A DNA stretch of 64,000 bases from an uncultured Bacillota bacterium (lineage in GTDB: Bacteria > Bacillota_I > Bacilli_A > RF39 > UBA660). The notes beneath the pieces were generated by a model. That model searched no databases. It saw only the letters and a program-made list of their open reading frames with translations, and was not told the origin of the DNA. Shown here in pieces: positions 1 to 10,604 of this stretch; the stretch's first letter is position 1, and each line of letters begins with the position of its first letter. The translations under genes were made by a program, and so were the position numbers. The DNA lies in NCBI GenBank assembly GCA_948466255.1, contig CAOJZV010000003.1, forward strand, positions 9,722 to 73,721. The letters are read 5' to 3'.

Positions 1-71
1 AAGATTTACCTTTTTAGATTTACTTCTTAGTACTTGTTCATTTTTATCAATTGTAATTATTTTCATCATTT

Positions 72-626
72 TCACCTTAATATTTTATTAACTTTATCCT
101 TAAATTCTGGATATATCTTTAATAACTTTTCAATTGCCCCTTTATTTCCTTTCTTTTCAGAGTTAACATACTTTTCTATTAAATCACTATTATCGCTAGG
201 CATGTTATCTGGTCTATTAGGAAATTCATATAATATTAAATTACCTTTTTTGGTTTCTTCTCTTAAGACATCTAAAATATTACTATAATATATTTTATTT
301 AGTGGTTTAATTTCTTTTTCAAATGAAATGACTTCAAGTTTCCATAAATAATCATAATGATTAAAAGTACTACCATCTAGCTCATAAATATAACCTTCTT
401 TGTTATATAGTTTATCTAATACACCTTTTCTTCTTTCAACAACTTCAGGTTTACCATTTACTGATGATACTCTAGTATCTAAATCACCATTTCCTCTTGC
501 CATATATAACATTGCGACAACTTTACTTTCAGTAGCATATATACATTGTTTTTGATGTGATGAAATGTGTGATTTTATTACATCTAAATTGCCATTAGGG
601 CTACCATGATATACAATATTTCCCAT
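72..626 (-). CDS. Hypothetical protein, possible ADP-ribosyltransferase-like (Arr-type) fold
   Basis: ORF with AGGAG RBS before the ATG at 626 (MGNIVYHGS). Motifs YHGS...IYAT...GYIYEL resemble the His/Tyr strands of Arr-like ART folds; the fold call is tentative. Confidence 0.6.
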   Translation of the reverse strand: MGNIVYHGSPNGNLDVIKSHISSHQKQCIYATESKVVAMLYMARGNGDLDTRVSSVNGKPEVVERRKGVLDKLYNKEGYIYELDGSTFNHYDYLWKLEVISFEKEIKPLNKIYYSNILDVLREETKKGNLILYEFPNRPDNMPSDNSDLIEKYVNSEKKGNKGAIEKLLKIYPEFKDKVNKILR

Positions 627-696
627 TTTTAAAGTCTCCTTTTTACCATTATAACACAAAGCTACTAGATTATAACCCTAGTAACCTTTATTATGT

Positions 697-868
697 CTAT
701 TTAGACATTGTATTAGTATGATTTTCTTCTACAGTTGATATTTTACCTGTTTCTTGTAATTCTTTTAATTATTCTATGCTTAAATTAGATAATTCTTGTA
801 GCCTCTTCTTCTAATAATCCAATCCAATTAATAAGTGCTTCTTTAACAACTTCTCTATATTGGGCCAT
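697..868 (-). pseudogene. Possible decayed small ORF
   Basis: MAQYREVVKEALINWIGLLEEEAT, then a +1 frameshift into ELSNLSIE*LKELQETGKISTVEENHTNTMSK. The composition looks coding but there is no clear RBS. Confidence 0.3.
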
Positions 869-995
869 ATGGAGCCATTTTTTATTTATTTCTTATTTTA
901 AATACAAGGTAAGGTAAAGTGTCAATATTTTAATTTACTTTACAATTATATAAACAAAAACCATAGGGTTCTAGCTATGGTTTGTATTATTTTAA

Positions 996-1268
996 TTAAG
1001 CTTTTTTTTGCATATATCTATCTTCTGTATATGCTGATCTATCTTGGACATATGATTGTGAAGCTATTACTTCTATTAATTGATTTTTATTTTCAACATC
1101 TACATCATATCCAAATATGTCGCAGTTAGGTTCTAAATTTCCTATTGAAGGAGTTGGAAAAACTTTAGAGATTTTAACTTGTAAATCATTTAGTCCTTTA
1201 TTTGTTGAACCTTCTTGATTATATCTACCCCAATCGTTTAAAAATTCTTCTAATTTTATTTTTTCCAT
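996..1268 (-). CDS. Small hypothetical protein
   Basis: GGAGG RBS before MEKIKL at 1268; followed by a hairpin (aaaccatag/ctatggttt, 958-983). Confidence 0.7.
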   Translation of the reverse strand: MEKIKLEEFLNDWGRYNQEGSTNKGLNDLQVKISKVFPTPSIGNLEPNCDIFGYDVDVENKNQLIEVIASQSYVQDRSAYTEDRYMQKKA

Positions 1269-1269
1269 C

Positions 1270-1803
1270 TTATTTACCCTCCGCTTCAATCATTGCCCTT
1301 ATTACACTTTCTGAATCGTTATTAAAATAAGCATTATATAGAGTATCTTCACCAATAGCTTTACCTATTATATTAGTTAAAACAATATCACCCATGAAGA
1401 TATTGTTTTCAACATCTCCTACTAAATTATTAGTAATGATTTCCGTATATCCTTCATTAAGTCCAACTAATGTGTTTTCTTCATTGTTAAGTCCATAATA
1501 ATTTTCTTTAGCTGTTATCATTCCTAGAAGTGCGTGCATTAACCAGTGTTTGGCATCGCAATCTTCAAACAATCCTAAGTTAATTAATAATTCATTTGTA
1601 TATGGATTATATTTACATGGAAGTTTTACTAAAAACATACTTTCTCTTTTTATGATTAGAGTTTTAAGTCGTTCATTAAGATTAGCTAAATCAATTTCTT
1701 TAAAATTATTGTTAAAGATGGTTATTAACTCTAATAAGTTTTCTTTTACTTCGTTTGTAATATTTTCATTATTATTAAGCGTCATCTTAATAGTTTCGAT
1801 CAT
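1270..1803 (-). CDS. Hypothetical protein, degenerate gluzincin-like fold
   Basis: AGGTGA RBS. HWLMHALLG stands where HExxH would be, followed by GLNEGYTE, the typical gluzincin third-ligand helix. Confidence 0.6.
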   Translation of the reverse strand: MIETIKMTLNNNENITNEVKENLLELITIFNNNFKEIDLANLNERLKTLIIKRESMFLVKLPCKYNPYTNELLINLGLFEDCDAKHWLMHALLGMITAKENYYGLNNEENTLVGLNEGYTEIITNNLVGDVENNIFMGDIVLTNIIGKAIGEDTLYNAYFNNDSESVIRAMIEAEGK

Positions 1804-1974
1804 ATTTCCAATCACCTGCTTTGTATTATATCACAACTAGATAAAAATAACAATAATATTTTTTTATTTATTTTACACTTTTGGTTGACACTTCCCTATT
1901 TGACATTTGATTGTAATGTGTTTAACGTTTGCTTTAATATTTAAAATATTATATAATTATTAAAGGTGATAAAA

Positions 1975-3129
1975 ATGTATAGAAATACTTATGCTTTAAT
2001 AGACCTAGATACTTTAAAAAATAATGTAAAGGATATTGTTAGTAAATATCCTTATAAGTATTATATTGGGGTTGTAAAGGCCAATGCTTATGGTCATGGT
2101 GACTACGTTGTCAATAGCTTAATTGAAGGTGGGATTAACTATTTAGCGGCTGCTACTTTAGAGGAATGCTTAAGTTTGCGCGAAAGAAACAATTCTATCC
2201 CTATTTTGTGTTTAGAGCCTATTGCTCATAAGTATCTAAATCTATGTGAATCTAATAATATTACAATTACAATTCCTGATATGGATTATTTTAAAGGGCT
2301 TGATAAAAATTTAAATTTAAAAGCTCATATTAAAATTGATAGCGGAATGAACCGTTTAGGTTTTAAAGATAAAAATGAAGTTAAAAATGTTGTAGATGAA
2401 CTTAATGAAAGTTCTATTGCTTTAGAAGGAATTTATACTCATTTTGCAACTAGTGGAATGTGGGATAAACATTGGGATGATGGGCTTAATAATTTTAAAG
2501 AAATTACTAGTTTAATCGATTTATCTAAAATACCTATTGTCCATTTAGGTAGGTCTTTAACTTTAGTTCAACACAAAATGCCTGATTTTGTTAATGGAGT
2601 TAGACCTGGAATTATTTTATATGGTTTTGCTCAAAAAATTAATGAACCTACTGGGCTTAGACTTATTAAAAGAAATCATTATCTTAAGAAAAATGGAATT
2701 AGTCCTGTTAGTTTAAATAATGATTTAAATTTAAAATCAGCTTTTAGTTTACATTCTGAAATTATGTGTATTAAAGATGTTAAAGCTGGGGAGTATATCA
2801 GTTATGGAGCTAAATACGTAGCTGATGAAGATATTAAAATCGGAGTTATGCCTATTGGATATGCTGACGGTCTTTCAAAGAACAATGAAGGTCTTATGGT
2901 TAAAATTAATAATAAAGAATATCCAATTGTGGGAGATATCTGTATGGATATGACAATGATTAAAATTGATAATTCGGTTAAACTTCATGATGAGGTTGTA
3001 ATTTATGATGATATTTCTAAAAGAGCTAAAGAACTTGGAGTTAGTGCTTATCAGTTATTAACTTCTGTTACTAACAGAGTTCCTAGAGTATATAAAAAGG
3101 AAGATAAATTTACAGAAATTAAATACTAG
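1975..3129 (+). CDS. alr: Alanine racemase family PLP-dependent racemase
   Basis: VVKANAYGHG (PLP Lys), DSGMNRLG, THFA, RPGIILYG, SYG (catalytic Tyr), CMD. Confidence 0.9.
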   Translation: MYRNTYALIDLDTLKNNVKDIVSKYPYKYYIGVVKANAYGHGDYVVNSLIEGGINYLAAATLEECLSLRERNNSIPILCLEPIAHKYLNLCESNNITITIPDMDYFKGLDKNLNLKAHIKIDSGMNRLGFKDKNEVKNVVDELNESSIALEGIYTHFATSGMWDKHWDDGLNNFKEITSLIDLSKIPIVHLGRSLTLVQHKMPDFVNGVRPGIILYGFAQKINEPTGLRLIKRNHYLKKNGISPVSLNNDLNLKSAFSLHSEIMCIKDVKAGEYISYGAKYVADEDIKIGVMPIGYADGLSKNNEGLMVKINNKEYPIVGDICMDMTMIKIDNSVKLHDEVVIYDDISKRAKELGVSAYQLLTSVTNRVPRVYKKEDKFTEIKY

Positions 3130-3143
3130 AAGGATTTGATAAT

Positions 3144-4352
3144 ATGGATTTTGAAGTAGTTATTTTAGGTAGTGATGCGAATGCATATTACATGGCTAGA
3201 TGCGTTCATGAGGCTTATGGTCGTAAGGCTAAGGTTATTTCTAATACACCTATGAGCTTTGTTAATCACTCTAATATTATAGAGGCTACATATGATAATA
3301 GATTATGGGATATAGATAAGTTCCCTTTAGCATTAAATGAATTTGTTAAAGGGATGGATGCTAAAAAAATAGTATGCATTAGTTCTAATGAAACTTATGC
3401 AAGAGGACTTGTAGCTAATAAGGATAGATTAGATCCTCGTATTGTTTTTAATTATGTGGATTTAGAATTTTTAGAATCTTTAATGATGAAGGATTTATTT
3501 TATGAAAAATATAAAGATTCTGGATTTTTACCTAAAACTATTATTTATGATTTAAATGACGAACTTAAAATTGATTTTGACTTCCCTATTATTATTAAAC
3601 CTAATGATGTTATTGATTTTAATCATATTAATTTTGAGGGTAAGAAAAAAATATATAAACTTAATAATATGGATGAAGTTAACCATACTATAGATTGTTT
3701 TAGAAAAAGTTCTTATAAGGGTAAATTAATTATTCAAGAATATATTCCTGGTGATGACAGTGCCTTATTTGATGGAGTTGTATATTGTTCTAGTAAAGGT
3801 AAATGTGAATTATTTGCTTTCGCTCAGATTGGCCTTCAAGAACATACTTCTAAAATGGTTGGTAATGCAGCTTGTCTAATTAATGGTTTTAGTACTAATG
3901 GTTATGATAAAGATGTTATTATAGGCTTTAAGAATTTTATGGAAAAAATCAATTTTAAAGGTCTTGCTGAACTTGATATTAAGTATGATTCTCGTGATGG
4001 TAAGTATAAAATTTTAGAAATTAATGCGCGTCAAGGTAGATGTAGTTATTATGTTACTGCAGCTGGTTATAATTTAGTTAAATTAGTTGTTGACGATTTA
4101 GTTTATGGCAAAGAAAAAGATTTTGTTTTAGCTGACAAAGAATTATTGTTAACTTATGTACCTAAACGAATTATTAAAAAATATGTGGTTAATAAAGAGT
4201 TTAAGAAAAAGGCAATGGAATTATATAAATCTGGTAAGGTTGTTAATCCTATTATTTATAAAAAAGATATGCCTTTTAAACGTATTTTGTTTTTAGTAAG
4301 AAAACATTTTAGATATTTTAAAGATTATAAAAATGGGTACTGGAAATATTAG
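3144..4352 (+). CDS. D-aspartate ligase (Aslfm/AslA-type ATP-grasp carboxylate-amine ligase)
   Basis: LGSDANAYYMAR..HEAYG, QEYIPGDDS and DIKYDSRDGKYKILEINARQGRCSYYVT match E. faecium Aslfm-type motifs. Confidence 0.85.
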   Translation: MDFEVVILGSDANAYYMARCVHEAYGRKAKVISNTPMSFVNHSNIIEATYDNRLWDIDKFPLALNEFVKGMDAKKIVCISSNETYARGLVANKDRLDPRIVFNYVDLEFLESLMMKDLFYEKYKDSGFLPKTIIYDLNDELKIDFDFPIIIKPNDVIDFNHINFEGKKKIYKLNNMDEVNHTIDCFRKSSYKGKLIIQEYIPGDDSALFDGVVYCSSKGKCELFAFAQIGLQEHTSKMVGNAACLINGFSTNGYDKDVIIGFKNFMEKINFKGLAELDIKYDSRDGKYKILEINARQGRCSYYVTAAGYNLVKLVVDDLVYGKEKDFVLADKELLLTYVPKRIIKKYVVNKEFKKKAMELYKSGKVVNPIIYKKDMPFKRILFLVRKHFRYFKDYKNGYWKY

Positions 4353-4366
4353 AAAGGAAAATTTTT

Positions 4367-6214
4367 ATGTGTGGTTTTTGTGGTTATATAAATAAAAAAG
4401 AAAAATCAAAAGAAGAAATTAAAAAAATGACTGATGCGATTAGTCACAGGGGTCCTGATGATGAAAACTATTATATTGATAACTTTATTGCGATGGGATT
4501 TAGACGTTTATCTATTATTGATTTAAAAAATGGTAGACAGCCTATGAGTAATGAGGATGATTCTATGGTTATTACTTTTAATGGTGAAATTTACAATTTT
4601 AAATCTATTAAAGAAGATTTAATTAGTAAGGGTCATATCTTTAAGACTAATGCGGACACTGAAGTTATTTTACATGGTTATGAAGAATATGGCAAAAACA
4701 TTTTAAGTAAATTACGTGGTATGTTTGCATTTGTTATTTGGGATAAGAACAAAAAAGAACTATTTGGAGCTCGTGATCATTTTGGTCAAAAACCTTTCTA
4801 TTATTGTAATATGAATGGAACTTTTATGTATGGCTCTGAAATTAAGAGTTTCTTATATAATTCTGATTTTATAAAAGAAGTTAATGAGGATTCTTTAAAA
4901 CCTTATTTAACTTTCCAAACTTCGGTATTAGAGGAAACATTCTTTAAAGGTGTTTTTAAATTATTACCTGGGCATTATTTTAAATATAATTTGGAATCTA
5001 ATGAATTTTTTACTAAGAAATATTACCAAATTGTCTTTGATGCGAAGGAGCAGGATTTTGATAGTTTAGTTAAAAAGATTGATGATACTATTACTTCTTC
5101 TATTGATACTCATATGATTAGTGATGTTGAGATTGGTTCTTATTTATCTGGTGGGATTGATTCATCTTATGTTGTATCTTATTTGAAACCTGATAAGACA
5201 TTCTCGGTTGGATTTGATTATAAGAATTTTAACGAAGTTCCTTTTGCGAAGGATTTATCTGATATGCTACATATTGAAAATATTAATGAGTTAATTGATT
5301 CTGACGATTTCTTTGATGTTATTGATAAGGTTCAATATTATGCGGATGAACCTACAGCTAATTTATCGGCTGTACCTCTATATTTCTTATCAGATTTAGC
5401 GAGTAAACATGTTAAGGTTGTTTTATCTGGTGAAGGTGCAGATGAATTATTTGGTGGATATACTTTTTATAAAGAAGATGATTTATTAATTAAATATCGC
5501 AAGTTACCTAAATTTTTGCGTAAGATGGTTAAAGGAATTGTTAGTCCCCTACCTGAGTTTCATGGTAAAAACTTCTTAACTAAAGGTGGAAGTAAAATTG
5601 AAGATTATTATGTAGGTAATGCCTTTGTATTTGATAATAGAGATGCGAATAAGGTTTTATCTTCTAAATATCAAAGTAAAGTTAAATTCCAAGATATTAC
5701 TAAGCCTTATTATGATGAAGTTAAGGATAAGGATGATTTAACTAAGATGCAATATCTTGATATGCATTTTTGGCTTCCAAATGATATTTTATTAAAGGCT
5801 GATAAAATGGCAATGGCTAATTCTTTAGAATTACGTGTACCTATTTTAGATAAGGAAGTTTTTGCATTAGCAAGTACTATTCCTAGTGAATATAAATTAT
5901 CACATGGAACTACTAAATATATTTTAAGACAGGCAGCTAGTTCTAGAATTCCTGAGGAATGGTATAAGAGACCTAAGAAAGGTTTCCCTGTTCCTATTAT
6001 TAAATGGTTTAGAGAAGAGAAATATTATAATTTAGCTAAGGAAATATTTAATGCTGATTTTGCATCTGAATTCTTTAATGTTAAAGAAATAAATAAAATG
6101 CTTGATGAACATTATAGTGGTAAAAAGAATCATTGTCGTAAGATATGGACTGTTTATGTTTTCTTAGTTTGGTATAAAACTTTCTTTGTAGATTTTGGTA
6201 AAAGTATGGCTTAG
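4367..6214 (+). CDS. asnB: Asparagine synthase (glutamine-hydrolysing), probably an AsnH-type peptidoglycan D-Asp amidotransferase
   Basis: N-terminal MCG Ntn nucleophile, HRGPD, RRLSIID, LSGGIDSS, SGEGADELFGGY; co-transcribed with the D-Asp ligase. Confidence 0.92.
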   Translation: MCGFCGYINKKEKSKEEIKKMTDAISHRGPDDENYYIDNFIAMGFRRLSIIDLKNGRQPMSNEDDSMVITFNGEIYNFKSIKEDLISKGHIFKTNADTEVILHGYEEYGKNILSKLRGMFAFVIWDKNKKELFGARDHFGQKPFYYCNMNGTFMYGSEIKSFLYNSDFIKEVNEDSLKPYLTFQTSVLEETFFKGVFKLLPGHYFKYNLESNEFFTKKYYQIVFDAKEQDFDSLVKKIDDTITSSIDTHMISDVEIGSYLSGGIDSSYVVSYLKPDKTFSVGFDYKNFNEVPFAKDLSDMLHIENINELIDSDDFFDVIDKVQYYADEPTANLSAVPLYFLSDLASKHVKVVLSGEGADELFGGYTFYKEDDLLIKYRKLPKFLRKMVKGIVSPLPEFHGKNFLTKGGSKIEDYYVGNAFVFDNRDANKVLSSKYQSKVKFQDITKPYYDEVKDKDDLTKMQYLDMHFWLPNDILLKADKMAMANSLELRVPILDKEVFALASTIPSEYKLSHGTTKYILRQAASSRIPEEWYKRPKKGFPVPIIKWFREEKYYNLAKEIFNADFASEFFNVKEINKMLDEHYSGKKNHCRKIWTVYVFLVWYKTFFVDFGKSMA

Positions 6215-7101
6215 ATCATACTTTTTTTATTTATCAAATTATCAATATTTGATTTATCCATTTTACTTATCGCAAAACATTTCTTACCTAAGTCTTTTAA
6301 TGAGGCGCCTATATGATATAATTCTTCATTATCAAGGATTATAAATCTATCATGAAAATTATTTACTTTCTTTATGATTACATTTGGGTATTGTAGGTTA
6401 AATTTTTTAATATCTAAATTTGACTTTATATTTTTAGTCCATATTTCTACTTCTACCTCTTCATTTTTATATATTAATATATCTAATATGGTCTTATCTA
6501 TATAATTATCTATTATGATTATTTTATCTTTTGCTTTTCTTATTATATTTATAAGTAGACTATAGGCATCATATATTTGTCCATCAAAAAATAGTTTTTC
6601 TTTTAATTCATAATTATTTTCAAATTTATTAAATAATTCATTAATATTGTTTTCGTGGTTTTCAAGTTTATTATTAATCATTGATAAATTACTTTCAACA
6701 TTATTAAGCTTTAAAAATAAATTTCTATTTTCAAAAATAAACTTTCGCATTTCTACAAAGGCATTCATGATATTAACACTTATTTCTTCAGCTCTTTCGG
6801 TTTTTAAAACACCCGATAGCATAGCAACTCCTTGTTCTGTAAATGCATAAGGTGTATTTTGTCTACCACCTTGGGATTTTGCTATTCCATTTTGGCATAG
6901 CAAAGAATTATATTCATCTTCTGTTAATCTAAAATAGAAATTTTTCGGAAATCTCTTGGGATTTCTTTTAACAGCTCTATTTATATTTCCAGTCAAAGTG
7001 CCATAAACCCTGGCCAAATCAGAATCTAACATTACTTGTTTTCCTCTTATTTCATATATCATATTTTTTATTTCTTTTTCTTTTACAATAATATCTGTCA
7101 T
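6211..7101 (-). CDS. ORF6N-domain DNA-binding protein with C-terminal PLD-like (HDRF) domain
   Basis: IYEIRGKQVMLDSDLA..YG...RFP..F.F.LT..E, PYAFTEQGVAMLS; C-terminal FHDRFIILD...GASLKDLGKK. Confidence 0.85.
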   Translation of the reverse strand: MTDIIVKEKEIKNMIYEIRGKQVMLDSDLARVYGTLTGNINRAVKRNPKRFPKNFYFRLTEDEYNSLLCQNGIAKSQGGRQNTPYAFTEQGVAMLSGVLKTERAEEISVNIMNAFVEMRKFIFENRNLFLKLNNVESNLSMINNKLENHENNINELFNKFENNYELKEKLFFDGQIYDAYSLLINIIRKAKDKIIIIDNYIDKTILDILIYKNEEVEVEIWTKNIKSNLDIKKFNLQYPNVIIKKVNNFHDRFIILDNEELYHIGASLKDLGKKCFAISKMDKSNIDNLINKKSMI

Positions 7102-7143
7102 TTTATTTCCTCCTTTTTTGTATTGTTAAAAGCCCCTTCTATT

Positions 7144-7183
7144 TGTAATATACGATATTTTATAGGCAAATTCCTTGTTAAAA
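7144..7183 (-). repeat. Dispersed ~40-bp element, copy 1
   Basis: tgtaatatacgatattttataggcaaattccttgttaaaa; 36/40 identical to 18001-18040. Confidence 0.9.
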
Positions 7184-7212
7184 TTAAAAAAACTTTAGAT
7201 TTTTCTAAAGTT

Positions 7213-9504
7213 TTATACAGTTTGACCTATTTCTTTTATATTTATTTCGGTTTTATTATCAATTAAAGCTTCAATAACTAATGTTTCAATTTCATCTTTT
7301 ATGACTTTATTTACTTTTCTTGCGCCATATTCTTCATAGTTTGTTTCTTTGATAATATCATTTATAACTTTAGGTGCGATTTTAATATTAATTTTATCTT
7401 TATATTTTTCTTTTAAATCTTTTAATTTCATATTTATTATTTTTGTAATATCTTTTTCATTTAGGCTATTAAATTTAATCACACTATCAACTCTATTCAT
7501 AAACGGAATTGAAAATTTATCATTTAATTTTGTTTTGACTTTATTTTCGTTATTGAAGCCAACATTGATATCATGAAAACCAACATTTGAAGTCATGATT
7601 ATAACAACATTATCAAATCTAACTATATTTGATTTACTATCTTTTATTTTCCCTTCATCTAAAACTTGTAAGAAAAGATTTATTATGTCACTATGGGCTT
7701 TTTCTATTTCATCTAAAATTAAAACTGAATATGGTTTGTTTTTTATTTGTTCTAAAATGTTTGTAGTGTCTTCATAACCAACATATCCTGGAGGGGCTCC
7801 TACTATTTTACTTATACTATGGGCTTCTTTATATTCGCTCATATCAAGTCTAATAACGTTTTTAGAGCCAACTAGATTATTACCAAACAATTTAGCAAGT
7901 TCAGTTTTACCTACTCCAGAAGGGCCACAAAATAAGCAAGAATAGCATTTATCATTTAAACCTAATTTTATTTTTTTAGCTATGTTTGAAACTTTTTTAA
8001 CTGCTTCATCTTGACCAATTAGTTTTTCTTTTATTATTTTTTCGGTTTGTTTAATAATTGTTTTCTTTTCATTTAATAATTCATAAATAGGAATTCCTGT
8101 TTTACTATTTACAACAATAGCCACATCTTCTTTAGTAACTTTTTTAGGTTTCTTTTTATAAAGCGTTAATTCTAAATTATTTATTTCATTCATTAGTTTA
8201 AATTCTTCGTTTTTATATTCTGAAGCTTTGGTAAAGTCATTGTTAATAATAGCTTCTTTTTTATTTGCAATCATGTTTTTTAATTCTTTATTATATTCTT
8301 TATAAAGGCTCATATTTTTACTTTCTTTTAAACTTGTTTTAGCACACACTTCATCTAAGATATCTATTGATTTGTCTGGTTCATTACGATTATATATGTA
8401 TTTTTCCGATAATTTAATTATTAAGTCTATAATTCCATTTTCAATAGTTACGTTGTGATAGGACTCATAAATATCTTTTAGGTTAGTTAGTATATCTTTG
8501 GTTGTTTCTTTTGTTGGAGCTTCGATTGTTACTTTTTGAAATCTTCTTTCTAGGGCACTGTCTTTAGCAATATATTTTTTATATTCATCAGTTGTGGTGG
8601 CCCCTATACATCTTAATTTACCTCTAGCTAAAGCCGGTTTAAATATATTGGACGCATCTATTGCACCTTCGGCACCCCCTGCTCCTACTAAAGTATGAAC
8701 TTCGTCTATGAAAAGAATAATATCATCATTTTCTTCTATTTCTTTTAGGATTTTATGCATTCTTTCTTCGAATTCACCGCGGTATTTTGTTCCGGCAACA
8801 CAGGCCCCCATATCTAGGCTGATGATTCTTTTATTTTTTAGAGAAATTGGAACATCGCCACTTATTATCATTCTAGCAAGTTCTTCGACTATTGCAGTTT
8901 TCCCTACTCCTGCTTCACCTATCAATAAAGGGTTGTTTTTAGTTCTTCTAGAAAGTATTTCTAGTACTCTTTTTATTTCGTTATCACGACCAGTAACAGG
9001 GTCTAATTCGCCATTTAAAGCTCTTTTATTTAAATCTACTCCTAATTCTTCTAAAAAGAGCTTTTTATTACCTTTTTGGCTCGTTAATTTAAATGTAAAT
9101 TCATTATATAAGTCATCTATATCTATATCCATGCCAATTAGAACTCTGATCGCTACTCCTTCTCCTTCTTCTAATAAACTGGCGAATAAATGACTTACGG
9201 TAACATTACCATTATTATTTTCTTTGGCATCTAAAGTAGCATTTTCAATTATTCTTTTTAAAAGTGGTGTATAAAGGAAAAATTCACTAGGTTTAGTACC
9301 TTTACCTATTATTTTTATTATTTCATTTTTAAATGTTTTATAATCTAATTCATAATCTTTTAGTCTTTCACTAATTTCATTATCACATTTTAAAATAGCT
9401 AATAGAAGATGTTCGGAAGATACATAAGGATGATTTAAATTTTGCATTTCTCCTTTAGCTACTATTAATACTTTTCTTGCTTCTTCTTCAAAATTGCTGA
9501 ACAT
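7213..9504 (-). CDS. clpC: ATP-dependent Clp protease ATP-binding subunit
   Basis: Clp-N repeats, two AAA modules (GEAGVGKT, GPSGVGKT), GTKYRGEFEER, GAPPGYVGY. Confidence 0.92.
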   Translation of the reverse strand: MFSNFEEEARKVLIVAKGEMQNLNHPYVSSEHLLLAILKCDNEISERLKDYELDYKTFKNEIIKIIGKGTKPSEFFLYTPLLKRIIENATLDAKENNNGNVTVSHLFASLLEEGEGVAIRVLIGMDIDIDDLYNEFTFKLTSQKGNKKLFLEELGVDLNKRALNGELDPVTGRDNEIKRVLEILSRRTKNNPLLIGEAGVGKTAIVEELARMIISGDVPISLKNKRIISLDMGACVAGTKYRGEFEERMHKILKEIEENDDIILFIDEVHTLVGAGGAEGAIDASNIFKPALARGKLRCIGATTTDEYKKYIAKDSALERRFQKVTIEAPTKETTKDILTNLKDIYESYHNVTIENGIIDLIIKLSEKYIYNRNEPDKSIDILDEVCAKTSLKESKNMSLYKEYNKELKNMIANKKEAIINNDFTKASEYKNEEFKLMNEINNLELTLYKKKPKKVTKEDVAIVVNSKTGIPIYELLNEKKTIIKQTEKIIKEKLIGQDEAVKKVSNIAKKIKLGLNDKCYSCLFCGPSGVGKTELAKLFGNNLVGSKNVIRLDMSEYKEAHSISKIVGAPPGYVGYEDTTNILEQIKNKPYSVLILDEIEKAHSDIINLFLQVLDEGKIKDSKSNIVRFDNVVIIMTSNVGFHDINVGFNNENKVKTKLNDKFSIPFMNRVDSVIKFNSLNEKDITKIINMKLKDLKEKYKDKINIKIAPKVINDIIKETNYEEYGARKVNKVIKDEIETLVIEALIDNKTEINIKEIGQTV

Positions 9505-9605
9505 ATTTATCTCCTTTCATTTAATTCTATGTATATATTGAGCAGTTATTTTAATTTCTAATCAACAATTTTTTCGAAAAATAAAAAGGATATTTTTTTC
9601 TATCC

Positions 9606-10580
9606 TTACATTGTATAAACTCTTTTTATATTGTATATAGCTTTTATTGTTTTTGGTAAGTTTATAATAACTAATCCTGTTATTAATTCTTTTGGTTGTG
9701 GTGTTGGGATTAGTTCTTTTGGGGTACCAAAAATATCTGGTGTTTCTTCTATTTTTTGTTTGGCGACTTTTACTTGTTCTTCATTTATTGCATCTACTAG
9801 ATTAATTGGTTTTATTTTTTCTTTACCTATCAATGTTTTATCTAATGGGTCTTCTGGTTCTAGTGGTTCTAGAGGTTCTAAAACTTCTATTTTTGGTTGT
9901 TCTATTAAGGTTTGTTCTTTTGATTCCTCTAGTTTATTAGGCGCAAATAATAATTCTTCTGGCTCTGTAGTGCTTAATAATTTTGCTCTTTCAATATTAC
10001 GATATTTTTTTACTTGTTCATCTTTAGCATCTAGTTTTTCAGTTATTTTTTCTATAGCTGTAAAGATTAAAACGGCTAAAACCTGAAGAGCAAATGCTCC
10101 CATTAGTAATTGCATAAGAGTTAAAACATCGCTATTTGAATATAAAGCATTTTCTTTATATATATCGATTTTGTTTACTTGAATAACAGTTAAGATTAAA
10201 CAAAATATTGTTTGTACTATTGCAAATCCTGTAATATTTATTATTTTGTTTACTTTAAGCATATATTTTTTTAAAAATGTGATTAAGGCAATAATTGCAG
10301 AGGCAATTACTACAATAAATAATGTGACAAAATTTGGGAAGTATAGTACCATAAATAAGCTATCAATTACATTATCTAATAAAGCAAATATGGCTCCTTT
10401 TCCAACAAATAAAACTATTAAAATAATGGCTATATAAATGGCAATTATAAATTTTTTATGTATTTTTTTATTTAAGGCGAAAATTAAAATTGGTGAAAGT
10501 AGTAAAAGAATAAAAACTGGGTGGGCAATTATATTTTCCCATAAAATTCCTAATTTTTCTAAAAAACTCAGCCTTTCCAT
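9606..10580 (-). CDS. Hypothetical membrane protein with acidic Pro/Glu-rich tail
   Basis: About 5-6 hydrophobic segments followed by an EPLEPLEPEDP-type tail. Confidence 0.75.
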   Translation of the reverse strand: MERLSFLEKLGILWENIIAHPVFILLLLSPILIFALNKKIHKKFIIAIYIAIILIVLFVGKGAIFALLDNVIDSLFMVLYFPNFVTLFIVVIASAIIALITFLKKYMLKVNKIINITGFAIVQTIFCLILTVIQVNKIDIYKENALYSNSDVLTLMQLLMGAFALQVLAVLIFTAIEKITEKLDAKDEQVKKYRNIERAKLLSTTEPEELLFAPNKLEESKEQTLIEQPKIEVLEPLEPLEPEDPLDKTLIGKEKIKPINLVDAINEEQVKVAKQKIEETPDIFGTPKELIPTPQPKELITGLVIINLPKTIKAIYNIKRVYTM

Positions 10581-10604
10581 ACTTTCACTTCCTTTTTTAT
10601 TCTT

